Shown piece after piece: positions 61,049 to 64,000 of a stretch of 64,000 nucleotides of DNA. Position numbers and translations under genes: made by a program. Source of the DNA: OCS116 cluster bacterium AG-390-A19 (lineage in GTDB: Bacteria > Pseudomonadota > Alphaproteobacteria > MED-G09); NCBI GenBank assembly GCA_003278145.1, contig QCGV01000001.1, forward strand, positions 139,616-203,615. The letters are read 5' to 3'. Position 1 is the stretch's first letter. The number at the start of each line of letters is the position of its first letter. A model generated the notes under the pieces. The model did no database searches. It was not told the DNA's origin and worked only from the letters and a program-made list of their open reading frames with translations.

Positions 61049-62316
61049 AAATGATTATTTTTAAAATTTATAAACTAATAACTAAAATTATTAGACCTCT
61101 AATGTACCCATTCTTTATCTATAGACTATTCAAAAATAAAGAAGAAAAAGGAAAATACTCTGAAAGAAGAGGCTTTTCTTCAAATGTAAGACCAAAGGGA
61201 AGTCTAGTTTGGATTCATGCCGCTAGCGTAGGTGAGGCTTTATCGTCTATACCATTAATTGAAGAATTAAAGAAACTATCACCAAAAATTAAAATAATTA
61301 TTACAACTGGAACAAAAACTTCAAAGGAAGTAATAATCAAAAAGAATATAGATGGTGTCATTCATCAATATGCTCCATGGGATATAGAAAGTTTTTGTTC
61401 AAATTTTCTAAATTTTTGGCAACCAGATATAGCAATATTTCTAGAATCTGAAATTTGGCCAAATTTATTAAACGAAACCAATAATAAAAGTATTCCCATA
61501 TGCTTAATTAATGCAAGAATAACTAATAGGACTTTTAAAAACTGGTTGAAATTTCCTAAAACCATACAGTATTTATTATCATTTTTTTCAATAATAATTG
61601 CTCAAGATGAATTCAGTAAAGCTAAGCTCGAGAAATTGGGGGCTAAAAATATTTTTGTTTATGGAAATTTAAAAAATGACTCCAAGAAACTACTCTATGA
61701 TATAGAAGATTTAAAAAAATATGACGATTTTCTCAGAGAAAAAGACGTTTTAGTGTTGGCTTCAACTCATGAAGGTGAGGAAAATAATATAATTAATAAA
61801 TTTAGTGAACTTTTAAAAGATTTACCAAATTTATTCCTAGTTATAGCACCAAGGCACCCTGATCGAAGAGCTGATATAATCAAGATATTAAAGAAATCAG
61901 ATTTTACTCATAAAGAATTTATTTTGAGATCAAGTAATAATTATTTAAATGAAAATAAGAAAATATTTATTTTGGATACCATTGGCGAATTGGGTTACTT
62001 TTATGAAAAATCAAATGCTGTAATTTTAGGAGGTGCATTTGAGGGTTTTGGTGGTCACAATCCTATTGAACCAGCCCTTTTTGATAATGCCATCTTTACT
62101 GGACCTAATTTTTTTAATTTTAAAGACGAATATAGTGGATTATTAAAAGCTGGTGGTGCCAGAATAATATCAGATATGAATGATTTATTTATATTAAAAG
62201 ACAAAGAGAAAATAACAGAAATGGCTAATAATTCGAAAATATTTACTAAAAATATTGGAGGAACTGCAAATAAAATATCGAAAAAATTAATTGGTATATT
62301 GAATGAACATTACTGA
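61045..62316 (+). CDS. waaA: 3-deoxy-D-manno-octulosonic acid (Kdo) transferase
   Basis: VWIHAASVGE and GGHNPIEPA motifs. Length 423 aa. Confidence 0.9.
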   Translation: MKMIIFKIYKLITKIIRPLMYPFFIYRLFKNKEEKGKYSERRGFSSNVRPKGSLVWIHAASVGEALSSIPLIEELKKLSPKIKIIITTGTKTSKEVIIKKNIDGVIHQYAPWDIESFCSNFLNFWQPDIAIFLESEIWPNLLNETNNKSIPICLINARITNRTFKNWLKFPKTIQYLLSFFSIIIAQDEFSKAKLEKLGAKNIFVYGNLKNDSKKLLYDIEDLKKYDDFLREKDVLVLASTHEGEENNIINKFSELLKDLPNLFLVIAPRHPDRRADIIKILKKSDFTHKEFILRSSNNYLNENKKIFILDTIGELGYFYEKSNAVILGGAFEGFGGHNPIEPALFDNAIFTGPNFFNFKDEYSGLLKAGGARIISDMNDLFILKDKEKITEMANNSKIFTKNIGGTANKISKKLIGILNEHY

Positions 62317-63316
62317 ACCAAAATTTTGGTGGAATTTTAAACCATCGCTACAAATGAAGTTAATCTCATTTCCTTTTGGGTTAATTATAAAAATTCTTAT
62401 TTTTTTTCGCTATAAATTATTTAAAAAAACCCATCTGATTAAACCAGTAATATGTGTTGGTAATTTTGTTGTTGGTGGGCAGGGAAAAACACCATTTGTA
62501 AGATATTTAAGAAAACTTTTTCAAGATTTTAATTACAAAGCAGTAGTGATTTCTAATGGTTACGGTGGAAAGTTGGATTACCCAAAAATTATTACTTCGA
62601 GTGATAGTAGTATTGAGTGTGGAGACGAGGCATTACTTCACGCTAGTGATGGACCAACAATTGTTTCAAAAAATAGAGCTGATGCTATAAAAATCATTAA
62701 GCAAAATATTTTTGATTTGGTTATATTAGATGACGGATTTCAAAATCCTTCAATTCATAAAGATTTAAATATTATCATAGTTGATGCCTCAAAGGGTATT
62801 GGAAATAATCTTTTAATTCCCTTTGGACCTATGAGAGAGAGTTTAAATTTTGCTTTAAAAAGAATTGATATAATTATTTTAATTAATTCAGTGAATAAAA
62901 ATCATCAATCAATAGATTATATTTTAAAGTCTTGGAAAGGTCTTGTTATTAACGCAGAATATGAAACTTATGTTAATGAGGATATTAATGAGGATGTTAT
63001 TGTCTTTTCCGGAATATCTAATCCAGAAAAATTCTCTTACGGGCTTGAAAAAATTGGCGCTAAAATTAATAAGCATTTTATTTTCCCTGACCATAAAAAT
63101 ATCACTGAAGATAATGCAAAAGAAATATATGAATACTCTAAATCTAAAAACCTTAGAGTTATAACTACCGAGAAGGATCATGTTAAATTAAAAGACTCAA
63201 AAGAAAATTCATATAGAGAAAGTCTCTATTTGAACTCTATAATAGCTAGGGTGAGAATTAGATTAGATAATAAAATTTTAATAAATTTTTTAAGAGAGAG
63301 AAAATTAATTAAATAA
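62303..63316 (+). CDS. lpxK: Tetraacyldisaccharide 4'-kinase
   Basis: VGNFVVGGQGKTP P-loop, GDEALL, ILDDGFQN. Confidence 0.9.
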   Translation: MNITEPKFWWNFKPSLQMKLISFPFGLIIKILIFFRYKLFKKTHLIKPVICVGNFVVGGQGKTPFVRYLRKLFQDFNYKAVVISNGYGGKLDYPKIITSSDSSIECGDEALLHASDGPTIVSKNRADAIKIIKQNIFDLVILDDGFQNPSIHKDLNIIIVDASKGIGNNLLIPFGPMRESLNFALKRIDIIILINSVNKNHQSIDYILKSWKGLVINAEYETYVNEDINEDVIVFSGISNPEKFSYGLEKIGAKINKHFIFPDHKNITEDNAKEIYEYSKSKNLRVITTEKDHVKLKDSKENSYRESLYLNSIIARVRIRLDNKILINFLRERKLIK

Positions 63317-63317
63317 A

Positions 63318-63746
63318 ATGAAAATTATTTTCTACTTACTTTTTATTTATAGTTTTTTGATTGGTAATGCTCAATCTTTTGAGACATCAACTGTAGTAAT
63401 AGAAAATAAGAATTCTTCCAATATTTCTATAATTGCTGAAGTAATGACTACTGAAACTCAACAAGCTCGAGGAATGATGTATAGAAAGTCTTTAGATAGA
63501 GATAAGGGTATGTTATTTTTGTTCAAAGAACCAAAAAAAGCAGTTTTTTGGATGAAAAATACCTATGTTTCACTTGATTTAATTTTTATAAGAGAAGGTG
63601 GTTTCATTGACTCTATTCATGAAAATCTTGAGCCACTAAGTACAAAAAAAATAAAATCAAAAGAAGAGGTTATAGCTGTTCTTGAAATTCTAGGGGGTGA
63701 AGTTAAATTGAATAAAATTGAATTAGACTCAAGAGTTTTGTTTTAA
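63318..63746 (+). CDS. DUF192 domain protein with signal peptide
   Basis: ARGMMYRKSLDRDKGMLFLF ... FWMKNTYVSLDLIFI pattern typical of DUF192. Confidence 0.7.
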   Translation: MKIIFYLLFIYSFLIGNAQSFETSTVVIENKNSSNISIIAEVMTTETQQARGMMYRKSLDRDKGMLFLFKEPKKAVFWMKNTYVSLDLIFIREGGFIDSIHENLEPLSTKKIKSKEEVIAVLEILGGEVKLNKIELDSRVLF

Positions 63747-63760
63747 GAGTAATAAAGTTT

Positions 63761-64000
63761 TTATATATAATCTACCTTAAGTATTTCGTATGACTTTCCT
63801 CCTCCTGGAGTATTAACTTCAACAGACTCACCTACAGTTTTACCTATTAATGCTTTTGCCAAAGGGGACTGGATAGATATTTTTCCAGAATTAAAATCAG
63901 CCTCTATTTCTCCAACAATTTGATATTTTGACTCAACATCTGTTTCTTCATCAACTATTAATATGGTTGCGCTAAATTTTACTTCATCCCCAGATAGGTC
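63761..64000 (-). CDS. greA: Transcription elongation factor GreA, C-terminal 79 codons (5' end off window; not in the ORF track)
   Basis: The reverse-strand translation in frame with the window edge is ..[55 protein letters not shown]. The stop is TAA (plus-strand TTA at 63761-63763). Confidence 0.9.
   Translation of the reverse strand, partial: DLSGDEVKFSATILIVDEETDVESKYQIVGEIEADFNSGKISIQSPLAKALIGKTVGESVEVNTPGGGKSYEILKVDYI

Overview
This 64-kb window comes from a strongly AT-rich genome (about 30% G+C by eye, not computed). It is very gene-dense: I count 60 protein-coding genes, many with 0-20 nt gaps or overlapping start/stop codons. I found no rRNA, tRNA, CRISPR array, transposase, integrase or phage gene. 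All family calls below rest on motifs read from the translations; no database search was possible.

Gene order points to a streamlined marine alphaproteobacterium, possibly SAR11/Pelagibacterales-like (inference only). The supporting arrangements are hisS-hisZ-hisG, petABC, DUF1285-NUDIX-cca, ybjN-proC, prs-rplY(ctc)-pth-ychF and msbA-DUF374-waaA-lpxK.

- **Right two thirds (about 20.4-64 kb):** mostly housekeeping. It holds purU, the glyoxylate shunt aceB-aceA, the his genes, groESL, the cytochrome bc1 genes, translation factors, lgt, proC, one OmpR/EnvZ-type two-component pair, ilvE, moaDE, pgsA, uvrC, uvrB, lipid A/Kdo genes and a partial greA at the right edge that is missing from the ORF track.
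- **Left third (0.6-20.4 kb):** looks accessory. It contains a regulator-less locus (cytochrome P450, two TonB-dependent receptors, two SDRs, an MFS transporter, a carotenoid-cleavage-type dioxygenase and an aldehyde dehydrogenase), then a PCu(A)C-glutathione peroxidase pair, a tandem acyl-CoA dehydrogenase pair, and a translationally coupled envelope triad (DUF3604-like metallohydrolase, degenerate parvulin, extended HupE/UreJ permease).

The leads most worth a second look:
1. HisZ carries an in-frame N-terminal Cro/YdaS-like helix-turn-helix domain. Directly upstream are two copies of a perfect 17-bp palindrome, ATTCATA-N3-TATGAAT.
2. The DUF3604-parvulin-HupE module.
3. The dioxygenase co-transcribed with an outer-membrane receptor.
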